A program made the position numbers and the translations under genes. A stretch of DNA of 64,000 nt from an uncultured bacterium. GTDB taxonomy: Bacteria > Babelota > Babeliae > Babelales > Babelaceae. Under the pieces are notes generated by a model. It saw nothing but the letters and a program-made list of their open reading frames with translations, searched no databases and was not told the DNA's origin. Shown piece by piece: positions 33,072 to 43,213 of this stretch. Each line of letters starts with the position of its first letter. The stretch's first letter is position 1. The stretch is from positions 640,001 to 704,000 of the forward strand of contig CAWKFG010000004.1 in NCBI GenBank assembly GCA_963848965.1, given 5' to 3'.

Positions 33072-33314
33072 ATGAACTTTACGCTTATTGGTCCTACAAG
33101 TTCGCAGACATTAGAAGTAAAATGGCTTGAAGTACAGACATTGCAAGGCAACTTTGTTATCAAGCCTGGCCATGCTCCTATGATTATTATTCTTGCTCCT
33201 AATAAAGAGATAAGTATGGAATTGAAAGATGGCTCTACAACGGTTATGACTGTTGTAGGTGGAATGTTAGAAGTTACACGAACAGATGTTACCTTATTGT
33301 TAACTCATGAATAA
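33072..33314 (+). CDS. atpC: ATP synthase epsilon subunit (N-terminal beta-sandwich only, 80 aa)
   Basis: T..GNF.I.PGHAPM, V.GGMLEV; immediately downstream of atpD. Confidence 0.88.
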   Translation: MNFTLIGPTSSQTLEVKWLEVQTLQGNFVIKPGHAPMIIILAPNKEISMELKDGSTTVMTVVGGMLEVTRTDVTLLLTHE

Positions 33315-34902
33315 TATACTTGGTCATATTGTATCTGGATCACTTGCAGATGGGCTTATTATGAGAGTGAGTCCCCATGCGAATCTTGAAACGTTAAAAA
33401 CAGGAAAGTTTGTTTCAATTCATGGTGATCATAATAAATTTTTCTGTCTGATTACTGATTTAAAGCTTGAAGTTACACATCCTGATATTCTGTTATTCCC
33501 TCCATCGCATGAAGAAACACTTTTAAAGCAGGCACTGAAAACTAAAGATATGTATGCGACAGCTGTATTAAGGCCTATGCTTATGTTGAATGAAGAGAAG
33601 CCATTACCGGTAAAGACAATTCCGCCTCATTTTGCACCAGTAAAAGAAGCAACTGAGCAGGATATTGCTCATATTTTTGGTGATGAAAAAGAGCCGAGTA
33701 AACGGTACTTTACTATTGGTTGTCCACTTGATATGGAAGCTCCTGTCTGTCTTGATCTAGAGCGGCTTACAGAGCGAAGTAATGGCATTTTTGGAAAAAC
33801 GGGTACCGGTAAAACGTTTTTAACGAGGCTCGTTCTTGCAGGATTGGTACACAATGATAAAGCAGTAAATCTTATTTTTGATATGCATAGTGAATATGGG
33901 CTGCAAGCACGTAAAGAAGGATCTCATAATTCATTTGTTAAAGGGCTTAAAACGCTGTTTCCAGATAGGGTTGTAATATTTTCGCTTGATCCTGCATCTA
34001 CACGTAGACGTGGCGGTATGCCCGATGTTGAACTCACAGTATCTTATAGCTCTATTGCAGTAGAAGATATTATATCGCTTGATACTGAGCTTAATTTGCA
34101 TCCTACAGCGTATGAAGCTGCCTATTTAATTGCTGCAAAGTACAAGAAAAAGTGGCTTGAAGTATTTTTAGCAAGTGGGGACCGGCTTAAAGAGTTTGCT
34201 CAAGAGATTGGGGCACATCCAGAATCTATAGCAGCACTGTATAGAAAGTTGAAAACGATTGAACGGTTACCGTTCTTGCGAGTGTCAGAAGAGCAGAACG
34301 ATGTTATTGATAGAATGATAGAGTATATCGATAGAGGTATCTCTATTATTATTGAATTTGGCAATTTTACTTCAACGTTCTGTTATTTGTTGATTGCTAA
34401 TATCATAACAAGGCGCATTCACAGTTTGTATATGCAAAAAACTGAACATTTTTTAGGGACACAACGTAAGCAGGATGAGCCTAAAAAGTTGATGATAACT
34501 ATAGAAGAAGCACATAAATTTTTAAATCCGCAGGCTGCTCGACAAACGATTTTTGGCACTATTGCACGAGAAATGCGAAAATATTATGTTTCGTTGTTGG
34601 TAGTAGATCAGCGCCCTTCTGGCATAGATGCTGAAGTTCTGTCTCAAATTGGAACAAAGATTATTGCACAGCTCAATGATGAAAAAGATATACAAGCAGT
34701 ACTTAATGGTGTGAGCAATTCGTCGCAACTTCGTTCAGTACTTGCAGGTTTGGAGACAAAGAAACAAGTAGTGCTTTTAGGTCATGCTGTTGCAATGCCT
34801 GTTGTCATTCAAACACGTGAGTATGACGAAAAGTTTTACAAAGCAGTAATGCAGCCAGTACATGTTAAAGGCATTGACGAGCTTGTAAATGAGCTTTTTT
34901 AA
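33307..34902 (+). CDS. HerA-like ATPase (HAS-barrel plus HerA/FtsK-type P-loop domain)
   Basis: N-terminal LGHIVSGSL...GKFV.I, GIFGKTGTGKT, IFDMHSEYG, ITIEEAH, IAREMRKY, DQRPS. Confidence 0.88.
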   Translation: MNNILGHIVSGSLADGLIMRVSPHANLETLKTGKFVSIHGDHNKFFCLITDLKLEVTHPDILLFPPSHEETLLKQALKTKDMYATAVLRPMLMLNEEKPLPVKTIPPHFAPVKEATEQDIAHIFGDEKEPSKRYFTIGCPLDMEAPVCLDLERLTERSNGIFGKTGTGKTFLTRLVLAGLVHNDKAVNLIFDMHSEYGLQARKEGSHNSFVKGLKTLFPDRVVIFSLDPASTRRRGGMPDVELTVSYSSIAVEDIISLDTELNLHPTAYEAAYLIAAKYKKKWLEVFLASGDRLKEFAQEIGAHPESIAALYRKLKTIERLPFLRVSEEQNDVIDRMIEYIDRGISIIIEFGNFTSTFCYLLIANIITRRIHSLYMQKTEHFLGTQRKQDEPKKLMITIEEAHKFLNPQAARQTIFGTIAREMRKYYVSLLVVDQRPSGIDAEVLSQIGTKIIAQLNDEKDIQAVLNGVSNSSQLRSVLAGLETKKQVVLLGHAVAMPVVIQTREYDEKFYKAVMQPVHVKGIDELVNELF

Positions 34903-35010
34903 AGGTATAATAACAATAATAGTCAATATATCGTATAGTTTTGCAAGCCTATGCTTGCTGAGTATATTTCTCTTACAAAATAAGGGAATATTATACATAA
35001 GGGGAACCAC

Positions 35011-36159
35011 ATGAAAGTAACATTTAAGCATATACTTACCATTGTATTGCTTATTCTTGGTACAAAAATACTCATCGGTTTTACATTCTTCAATGGTAAA
35101 AAAGTAATCAAAGAAGAAATTGTTGAATATACGCATACATTAATACCGGGAAGCACTGTAGAGATAAGCAACAGACTTGGTGACATTTCTATTTCTGGGT
35201 GGAATAAAGATACTATTTATGTTAAAGCAATAAAGAAGGCACCTCAAGATGAGCTTGCAGGTATTAAAATAGAAACGTACTTTACTGATAAGCAGGCACG
35301 AATTGTAACGCTTGGAAAAAGTTCAGAAAGCACACGATACTCAATCTCTTTTTTTTCATTCAATTTTTCAAAAGAAACCACTTCTACGCAAGTCGATTAT
35401 ATTGTCAAAGTACCTTATGACGCTCTTTTAAAATCTATAGCTACTAAAAATGGTGATATTATTATAAAAGATATAGATAATGTGGTTAATGCAACAACCG
35501 CTTTGGGAACCATAAAGGCTGAAAATATAAAAAAGGAGCTTTCTTTAAAATCGCAAAACGGTGATATAACATGCACTACAGTTGGAGGCCCTGTCGTTAT
35601 TGAAACAGCTCGGGGTGCTGTATCTGTTAAAGATGCCCTTTTATCGCTTACTATACATACAAGCAATGGTGATGTAAAAGTAGTACATAGTAAAGGACCA
35701 CTTACTGTTGGAACGGCACTAGGAAGTATAACTGGTTCTGATATTGAAAATGCAACCTTCCTTACAACAAAAAATGGCAATATAGAGCTTGAGCATAGAC
35801 ATGGACCTCTTACAGTAAGTACTGTACGAGGAAACGTAAAAGTACACAAACTTGATGGTCCTTCTACTATAAGTGCTACTAATGGAGATGTCTCTCTTAC
35901 ACAGCAAAGTCTTTCTAACACAAAGAAGATAGATATTCAGACTGTGCGTGGCTCCATTAAGCTTACTTTGCCAAAAACAGCTCAAGCTTCTCTACAAGCA
36001 AAAGCTCTTTCAGGAACTGTTAAGCTTACTCACTTTGATACAGCTCTTTTTAAAGAAAAGAGCTCTCGTGAAATTGAAGCTTTTATAGGAGGAAAAGAGA
36101 TACAAGAACCAAAGATTGTTCTTCAAACAACCAATGGTTCTATTACTGTCGGCTCTTGA
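35011..36159 (+). CDS. DUF4097/putative-adhesin-type beta-strand repeat protein
   Basis: N-terminal hydrophobic anchor; repeated T.NGDI/T..G.I motifs about every 19 aa; ends TTNGSITV. Confidence 0.75.
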   Translation: MKVTFKHILTIVLLILGTKILIGFTFFNGKKVIKEEIVEYTHTLIPGSTVEISNRLGDISISGWNKDTIYVKAIKKAPQDELAGIKIETYFTDKQARIVTLGKSSESTRYSISFFSFNFSKETTSTQVDYIVKVPYDALLKSIATKNGDIIIKDIDNVVNATTALGTIKAENIKKELSLKSQNGDITCTTVGGPVVIETARGAVSVKDALLSLTIHTSNGDVKVVHSKGPLTVGTALGSITGSDIENATFLTTKNGNIELEHRHGPLTVSTVRGNVKVHKLDGPSTISATNGDVSLTQQSLSNTKKIDIQTVRGSIKLTLPKTAQASLQAKALSGTVKLTHFDTALFKEKSSREIEAFIGGKEIQEPKIVLQTTNGSITVGS

Positions 36160-36165
36160 AAGTAC

Positions 36166-38319
36166 TCAACTCTTTTGTTGGTTACCAAAAAGAGTACTCC
36201 ACGTTTCTTTAAGAGAAAGAAGCAACCGGGTTCCACTAGGTAATTTTTGATAATAAGCATCAAGTATCTGTACAATTTCGGGTCTTTCATACGTCTGAGC
36301 ATACATGAGTGCTGTATAACCATAGATATCTCGAGTAGTAATATACTCTAGGGAAGGCGCTTGTTCGAGGATGCAGTTTACTATGTATGTATTTTTAAAT
36401 ATACAAGCCCATATTAAGAGCGTTTGGTGAAGCTCATTACATGAAGAAGTAAAATCGCGTTGCAGATGCATCTGACAATACTGTCTTGTATTTTCAAGGT
36501 ATGCTTGTACATCATCTCTTTGAAGCAATTTTAAAAGCAAGCACAAATCTTTGTATCTCTTTTCTCTCTTCAGTTTTGTAAAGGTATTATACAGTTCAAT
36601 ATCCATAATATCTTCGCGACCAACAATACCAGCTTCTTTATCAAGTAAAAGTGTTGCTATGTCAAGAGCATCTAAAGCTGCTGCATATGATAAAGCGCTT
36701 TTACCATCCTTATCAAACATGTCTATATGTGCTCCAGCAGATAAAAGAAATTCTACAAAGGGCTTATTTTTATGTTTTACTGCATACATTAAAGCTGTTT
36801 TACCACTTCTCCCTTTACCATTAATGTCTACTCCTAGTCTCACTAGATGTTTCACAATATGTGCTTTATTAGCGCTAGAATATTTTAAAAATTCGGTATT
36901 TCTATGCCTTTGCTGTGTAAGATCTTTGCCTAAAACTCTGTGCATAATTGCTCGATTGCCTACTCTCAGAGCTAAGCTTACAGGAGTTTCTCCTCTTTGA
37001 TCTTCACTATCAATAGAGGCACCATGTTCTATAAGAATATCTACAAGCTCTTTCCATTCTGCTTCTATTGCAATCATGAGCGGCGTTTTGCCATCTTCAT
37101 CAGGGGTATCACAGCTGATCCCTCGTTTTATAAGAAATTGTATCATATTCTTTTTGGCTTCGCTTTTCTCAACTCGTTCCCTAAGAAGATTTTCATCTTC
37201 AGTAGGTAGATCTAAAAGAAAGTTTTCCTTCTCTTTAGATACGCTACGTGGTGTATATTTTAATATACACATTTGATCTCGAAGAACGCGTACTACCAGT
37301 GGTTCCGACTGCGCATGAAGATCTGCACCTAACTGTAGCATCATAGCTACTAAAGGGATGTGCCCACAAAATATGCCCACTGTTAAAACTGAATTGCGCT
37401 CTTGCGATGTTCTTGCCAGCACTGCTGCTAGATCTGCATTACCTTTTTCAGCAGCATACATAAGAGCTTCTTTGCGGTTATGTAATGGTACATGATCAAC
37501 AAGCAAAAGTGCTATGTCCTTATTGCCTTGAACTACTGCTGATGTTAAGGCTTTTTCTGCTCTTACATCAAAACTCATAAGATTTCTAACGTGTTCAATC
37601 TGTCCTTTATACACCGCTCTCTTTAAAGCTTCTTCTACAGTACTGGTCATATCATAGGCATAAGGAGAATGTAGTTGCGACAGTTTCGCTACAATGCGCT
37701 TATGTCCTGCTTTTGCAGCACAAGTAAGAGCCGTATCTCCATCTAAAGACTTAATTGTACTCTCTGCTCCTGCCATAAGCAGTAAATCTACAACAGATTC
37801 ATGCCCTTTTTGAGCAGCAAGCATTAATGGTGTTACCCAAGAATCACCATAGTGGCAGCTTTCATCTACGCTTACAGTATGCATTAAAATTTCTTTTACT
37901 GCGCTTGCATCACCTTTTCCGACTGCAGTCATGAGCTGTGCTTGCAAAGATTTGCTCTGATAGGCATATGAGCCTCTATTATCAAAAACATCGTTAAAAA
38001 GCCTTTGGGTATCAACAGATCTACTTGCAAGTATTTCTAAAGCTCTATGCTGCTCAAAGCTACCCTTTTGCACTACCTCAATGAATGACTTACCGTGTAA
38101 AATGCTTGTAAGCTGCTCATTATCCTTTTTTTGTAACGCTCTCTCTAAAGCTTGTATATTGTGCTCATACGCATGCAAGAGAATACCACGACACTTGTCC
38201 ATGCGCTCTCCTCTCTCTTTTGTATAGTTTAGACAGCGTGGTAATGTGTGCTTTGTCTTTTCCATACCATAAGAAAGAGAGGTAAAAGTAATGAATAAAG
38301 CTACGATTTTCGTAACCAT
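36166..38319 (-). CDS. Secreted ankyrin-repeat protein (717 aa)
   Basis: Signal peptide ending LSYG-ME; ANK repeats TPLMLAA, GKTPLMIA, GKTALMYAV; AAGGAG RBS. Confidence 0.92.
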   Translation of the reverse strand: MVTKIVALFITFTSLSYGMEKTKHTLPRCLNYTKERGERMDKCRGILLHAYEHNIQALERALQKKDNEQLTSILHGKSFIEVVQKGSFEQHRALEILASRSVDTQRLFNDVFDNRGSYAYQSKSLQAQLMTAVGKGDASAVKEILMHTVSVDESCHYGDSWVTPLMLAAQKGHESVVDLLLMAGAESTIKSLDGDTALTCAAKAGHKRIVAKLSQLHSPYAYDMTSTVEEALKRAVYKGQIEHVRNLMSFDVRAEKALTSAVVQGNKDIALLLVDHVPLHNRKEALMYAAEKGNADLAAVLARTSQERNSVLTVGIFCGHIPLVAMMLQLGADLHAQSEPLVVRVLRDQMCILKYTPRSVSKEKENFLLDLPTEDENLLRERVEKSEAKKNMIQFLIKRGISCDTPDEDGKTPLMIAIEAEWKELVDILIEHGASIDSEDQRGETPVSLALRVGNRAIMHRVLGKDLTQQRHRNTEFLKYSSANKAHIVKHLVRLGVDINGKGRSGKTALMYAVKHKNKPFVEFLLSAGAHIDMFDKDGKSALSYAAALDALDIATLLLDKEAGIVGREDIMDIELYNTFTKLKREKRYKDLCLLLKLLQRDDVQAYLENTRQYCQMHLQRDFTSSCNELHQTLLIWACIFKNTYIVNCILEQAPSLEYITTRDIYGYTALMYAQTYERPEIVQILDAYYQKLPSGTRLLLSLKETWSTLFGNQQKS

Positions 38320-38340
38320 AATAAGCTCCTTTCATTGAGT

Positions 38341-41300
38341 TTATAGAAGATAAGGAACAATTCCTTGATTTGCCTCTTTAGCACGTTCACTTGCTAAAAA
38401 CAGAAGTGCCCGTAGTATTTTTAAATTGTCTTGCTCTGCAGCAAGCTTTATTGCTCGAGCTATAGGCCGTGCTCCTTGGCCAAAAAGAGCACTTACTAAC
38501 GCTTCATCGCCTATAGATACTGCATAACATAAAGCAGTGTTACCTTTATTATCCTTCAGATGTATCCCGTTATCACAATATCGTGTAAGCAGTCGAGCAA
38601 CTTCAGTATGACCGTATAATGTTGCATACATTAAAGCCGTTCTTCCTAAGCAGTCTTGTGCATTAATAGAGCATTGAAGAACCGCCATTTGCAAGAATAA
38701 TTTTACGACTTCACTGTGCCCTACCATAGATGCCCACATAAGCACTGTTTGATTCTTAGTATTTTTTTGAGGCCTTGAATTTGCATGAGGAATATAATGT
38801 AAAGGATTAGCAAGATATGCTTGCATATCCTTTGCTTGAAGTAATTTTAAAAGCTCTAGGAGATGCTCATATCTTTCATAAAGATGTACTAAGGTACTAG
38901 CCTTTTCTTTGGATAGCACAGCTATGCGTCCTTTTATGGTTACCAATTTATCTTCAACGGCTGTACAACAGGAGTTATTTTCTTCCCTTTTTAAGAATAT
39001 ACGTGCTTCTATCGAATCTTGTGCTATAAGGTGTATTGCTGTCTCTATTTGATTATTACTTATAGCTGCTTTGAAAGCTGTTATGACAGTACCTACAGGA
39101 AGATGCTTTAGAAGAAGCTCTACTACTTGTGTTTGCCCTTGACATGCAGCAAGCATTATTGCGGTTCTTTGATAATTATCACGTGTGTGAAGAGATACCT
39201 CTCTTTCTAAAAACATCTGAACCGCTTCATAGTGACCGCTTTCTGCAGCAAGCATAAGACCTGTAGACCCATTACTATCCACCGTATTATTCATATCTAT
39301 ATGTGTATCAGAAAGCTCTTTTATGATCGATATCTTACCCACTGTGCAGGCCTGAAGAAAAAGAGCTTTTAAAGCAGCTCTTTTATCATGTTCATTTTCA
39401 AGTTTTTCTATAAGACCGAAGAGTATGTTCATCCGATCAAGTTTCAATGGTTTCAGAGCTGTAATTAAAGCAGCAACGTCCTGCCTATTGTTAATTTTGC
39501 TCTCTCTTTCAGAATGTAAAAGCATTAAAACAATTGCTTCATGGCCATTATGTACAGCTTGCATCAACGCTGTAAATCCTGCTTGATTACGAATAGTACT
39601 ATCTGCTTTATGAGCCAAAAGCGTTTCTACTACTTCCTTGTGACCATAGAAAGCAGCATAGAGTAATGCTGTATTTCTATCATTACATTGTGCGTTAATA
39701 TCAGCACCTCGAGCTATTAACAATCTAGCAATTTCGTTATGCCCACGTAAAGCAGCATACATAAGAAGCGTTTTACCTTTTTCATCTCTAATAGTGCTAT
39801 CTACACCAGCATCAAGCAGCAAGAGAACTATTTCTTTAAAGCCATAGTATACAGCTTCTGTCAAAGCACTTGCACAGCACCTGTTATGCACATTAATACC
39901 ATTTTTCAAAAGTAATACTACTAGCTCTTTGTATCCTCTTTCTACCGCTTTCATAAAAATTTGCACGAGTATATTATCAGAAAGTTTCTGTACTAAGCCA
40001 TCTGCGATTACCGTTTCTAAAAATGCCGTATTACGGCTGCTCATAGCATGAGAGAAAACATAGTACAACGTAGATGCTTTATCTACACTATGTTCAATGA
40101 TCTTTCTTACTATGCTGTTAAAGTTTTTATTTATCGCCTCTTTTAAGAGAGCACAGTCATCTTTACTGTCTATAGCAATGGGATCCCTTTGGTGTACCAG
40201 TACTTCTACTAACTCTTCATCATTCCTTTTTATAGCCTCTAATAACGGAACATTACCATAAGCACGTACAGAGATCCCCTGATCCATTAAGAGTTTTACA
40301 GCTTCGGGACAGCCATACTGAGCAGCTAGATGTAAAGCTTTTTTACCAAGCTCACTTTGAACATCTATAGCAACTCTATTTTTTAGAAATACTTCTACAA
40401 CTCGAGCATGGTTATTGTTAACTGCGCAGCTCAATGGAGAACGGTTCCAATAATTTTTAGCAGTAACGTCTGCACCATGAGCAAAGAGTGTTTCTACTAC
40501 ATCCTCATGTCCATGTTCTGCTGCACAGAATAAGGAAGTTTCTCCTAAGCTATTGCAAATATTAACATCTGCCCCTCCTTTTAGTAACAGCTCTACCACA
40601 TCTTTATGACCATTTTCTGCCGCACTTGCCAATACCGTACTATATCTGCTCTCAGTTTTTGCATTACTATCTGCTCCTCTATCGCAAAGCATTCGTACAA
40701 TATCATAGTATCCACCTGCAGCAGCCAGTAACAGGGGAGTACTAGTTCCTTGGACATTAACATTGGCACCTTTTTCTACAAGTACTGCAGCAACTTGCAG
40801 ATGGTTAGTCCTAAGAGCTACAATTAATGCAGTATCTTTTTTACTATTTTGACAATCAATAGCTGCACCGTGTTCTACAAGTAGAATTGCCACTTCTTTA
40901 TGCCCATGACGTGCTGCATAAAATAAAGGCGTATTTCCTTTTTTATCTGTAGCATTAACATGTGCACCATGTTTTATAAGCATATCTACTACTTCAATTG
41001 AACTTCCTTGTGCAGCATACATAAGTGCAGTTATACCTGCTGCATCTATCGCATTACTATCTGCCCCTCTATGCAACAAAAGTTCTACTACTTTTTTACA
41101 GCTTCCTTGAACAGCTACAAAAAGGAGCTTATGCAGTTTCTTTACATCACAGTTTATTATCTTTACCAGCTCCTTATCTTCTGCTAACTCGAGCAATAAA
41201 GCAGCTGCTTCTAAGCAATCGTATTTTACTAAAGATAGGAGGCACTGCTTTTTATAATCATCTGAAAGAGTAATAATGTGATGGACAATCAGTTCTCTAG

Positions 41301-42858
41301 ACTCTTTTGGTGCGTCTTTTATAGCAGTCGCCAACTCATTGCTATACAATACGACATCTATTTTTATCTCTGCTCCTTTGTTGAGTAGTATCTCAACTAT
41401 TTCTCTATGATTTTTCTTTGAAGCATAATCTAAGGCAGTTGTACTTCTACCCAAGTGATCTTTTGAACGTACTTGAGCTCCTTTTTGTAAGAGTAATGTT
41501 ACAAGCTCTTTATTTCCTTTCACGGCTGCACACATCAAAGGTGTTTTACCACTAGAATCTTTCATGTTAACATGTGCGCCTCTTGCAAGAAGCTTTTCAG
41601 CTAAAACAGCTCGACCACCCATAACCGCTGCTAGCAAAGCTATATTCAAAAGAGTTTTATCGCCAGGTTGAGAATTGAGTATAGCACCCACTGGTAGTGA
41701 ACAATATAATCTTTGTTCTATAGTACCATTGCTAGCACAATCTTTTTCATTAAAATTTTTATCTAATTTTAATAACTTTTCTACAAGTGCTATACGGCCC
41801 TCCTGCGCAGCTCCAACTACTGCAAGTGCTAACGCTAGTCTTTTATGAGAACTTCTTTGTATAATAGTATAGATAAAGTCTTCAGATCCCCATTTTGCAA
41901 TTTCTGTAAGCACAGTAGTACGAATATCATAATTTTCGTTCATATAATCTGCACCGCGCTCTATAAGAAATTGTGCAACCTCTTTATGTCCATTTAAAGC
42001 AGCACAGAGAAGAGCAGGTTCACCAAAAATCTCTGTGCCATTAACTTTTGCTCTGTTTTCTACAAGAAACTTTACTGCTTCAAGATTACCAGTTTCAGCA
42101 ACTCTCATGAGCGCAGTTTTATTATTATAACATGTACGTTCCCAATAAGAAGTATTACACTGTAAAAGAGATATAATTGCTCCTTTACATCCAGCTTTTA
42201 TAGCCTCTTCTAAAAGAGCATAGAACTGTTCAAAGTTAATTTCTATTTGTAAAAAACTATTTTTCTTATGCGTTTCTGCTTCTTTTGAACTTCTTTCTAA
42301 AAGCAGAATAACTACTGTATAGTGATTATTTTTTAATGCCAACTCAAGAGCGGTATCACCTTCAGTATCGCGGGTGGTACTATCTGCACCAAGATCCAAC
42401 AGCTTCTCTACTAATTTTATTTTTCCTCCTGCAGCAGCTTTAAGTAAAGCAGTGCCTAAAGCTTGTTTTTTATTTTTACTGCTCTTTATAAAAGCAAGCA
42501 CAAGGTCTTCATAACCATTATAAGCAGCAGCACTCAGCGCAGTATCTCCAGTTTTATTACATAACGCACTATTTGCACCTTTTTCTTTAAGAAAAAATGC
42601 TGTTTCGCACTGGCCTGCTTTTATAGCAAAAAGCAACGGAGTATTGCCTTCCTCATCTTGACTATTTATGTCAGCACCTATAGCAGTAAGCCTCTTTATC
42701 TGCTCAATATCTCCTTCTTTTGCAGCATTTCTTATGTGTTTGTGTATTTCCTTGAATGGATCATCAAGTTTAAATACCTTAAAGACCTTAGGAGGTCTAT
42801 TCATACTAGAGGCAGGGAAAGCACAAAGGAGTGGGAGAAGGATTAAAAAATATACCAT
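38341..42858 (-). CDS. Large secreted ankyrin-repeat protein (~1505 aa)
   Basis: Dozens of ANK repeats; ATG 42858 gives signal peptide MVYFLILLPLLCAFPASS-MN. Confidence 0.92.
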   Translation of the reverse strand: MVYFLILLPLLCAFPASSMNRPPKVFKVFKLDDPFKEIHKHIRNAAKEGDIEQIKRLTAIGADINSQDEEGNTPLLFAIKAGQCETAFFLKEKGANSALCNKTGDTALSAAAYNGYEDLVLAFIKSSKNKKQALGTALLKAAAGGKIKLVEKLLDLGADSTTRDTEGDTALELALKNNHYTVVILLLERSSKEAETHKKNSFLQIEINFEQFYALLEEAIKAGCKGAIISLLQCNTSYWERTCYNNKTALMRVAETGNLEAVKFLVENRAKVNGTEIFGEPALLCAALNGHKEVAQFLIERGADYMNENYDIRTTVLTEIAKWGSEDFIYTIIQRSSHKRLALALAVVGAAQEGRIALVEKLLKLDKNFNEKDCASNGTIEQRLYCSLPVGAILNSQPGDKTLLNIALLAAVMGGRAVLAEKLLARGAHVNMKDSSGKTPLMCAAVKGNKELVTLLLQKGAQVRSKDHLGRSTTALDYASKKNHREIVEILLNKGAEIKIDVVLYSNELATAIKDAPKESRELIVHHIITLSDDYKKQCLLSLVKYDCLEAAALLLELAEDKELVKIINCDVKKLHKLLFVAVQGSCKKVVELLLHRGADSNAIDAAGITALMYAAQGSSIEVVDMLIKHGAHVNATDKKGNTPLFYAARHGHKEVAILLVEHGAAIDCQNSKKDTALIVALRTNHLQVAAVLVEKGANVNVQGTSTPLLLAAAGGYYDIVRMLCDRGADSNAKTESRYSTVLASAAENGHKDVVELLLKGGADVNICNSLGETSLFCAAEHGHEDVVETLFAHGADVTAKNYWNRSPLSCAVNNNHARVVEVFLKNRVAIDVQSELGKKALHLAAQYGCPEAVKLLMDQGISVRAYGNVPLLEAIKRNDEELVEVLVHQRDPIAIDSKDDCALLKEAINKNFNSIVRKIIEHSVDKASTLYYVFSHAMSSRNTAFLETVIADGLVQKLSDNILVQIFMKAVERGYKELVVLLLKNGINVHNRCCASALTEAVYYGFKEIVLLLLDAGVDSTIRDEKGKTLLMYAALRGHNEIARLLIARGADINAQCNDRNTALLYAAFYGHKEVVETLLAHKADSTIRNQAGFTALMQAVHNGHEAIVLMLLHSERESKINNRQDVAALITALKPLKLDRMNILFGLIEKLENEHDKRAALKALFLQACTVGKISIIKELSDTHIDMNNTVDSNGSTGLMLAAESGHYEAVQMFLEREVSLHTRDNYQRTAIMLAACQGQTQVVELLLKHLPVGTVITAFKAAISNNQIETAIHLIAQDSIEARIFLKREENNSCCTAVEDKLVTIKGRIAVLSKEKASTLVHLYERYEHLLELLKLLQAKDMQAYLANPLHYIPHANSRPQKNTKNQTVLMWASMVGHSEVVKLFLQMAVLQCSINAQDCLGRTALMYATLYGHTEVARLLTRYCDNGIHLKDNKGNTALCYAVSIGDEALVSALFGQGARPIARAIKLAAEQDNLKILRALLFLASERAKEANQGIVPYLL

Positions 42859-43213
42859 TTCAGCCCTTTCTTTTTTAATCATAGAAAAAGGTACTGTGCT
42901 ATACAATTACTATAGTTCTTATCAAACAGGTTTATTATATAGAAAGAACTGAAAACTACAAGAGTTAATTATTTATAGCGCCAATTAAGACTATCGCTTA
43001 TTGATACAGCTATTAGGGATACTTTTTTTATGCAACAAAAATTCTTTTGGCATGAAAGGAGCACATAGCAACACGTTATAACCTTATGCCACCGTTCTTT
43101 TAAGCGTAGGTAAAAGATTCTGCACTATTCTTTATAAAGTAGTGCTTCTCTTCTTCTATTGCTTGAAAGAAAAGGCACCTCTATATTCTCTAATAATCCT
43201 TAAAAACTAGATT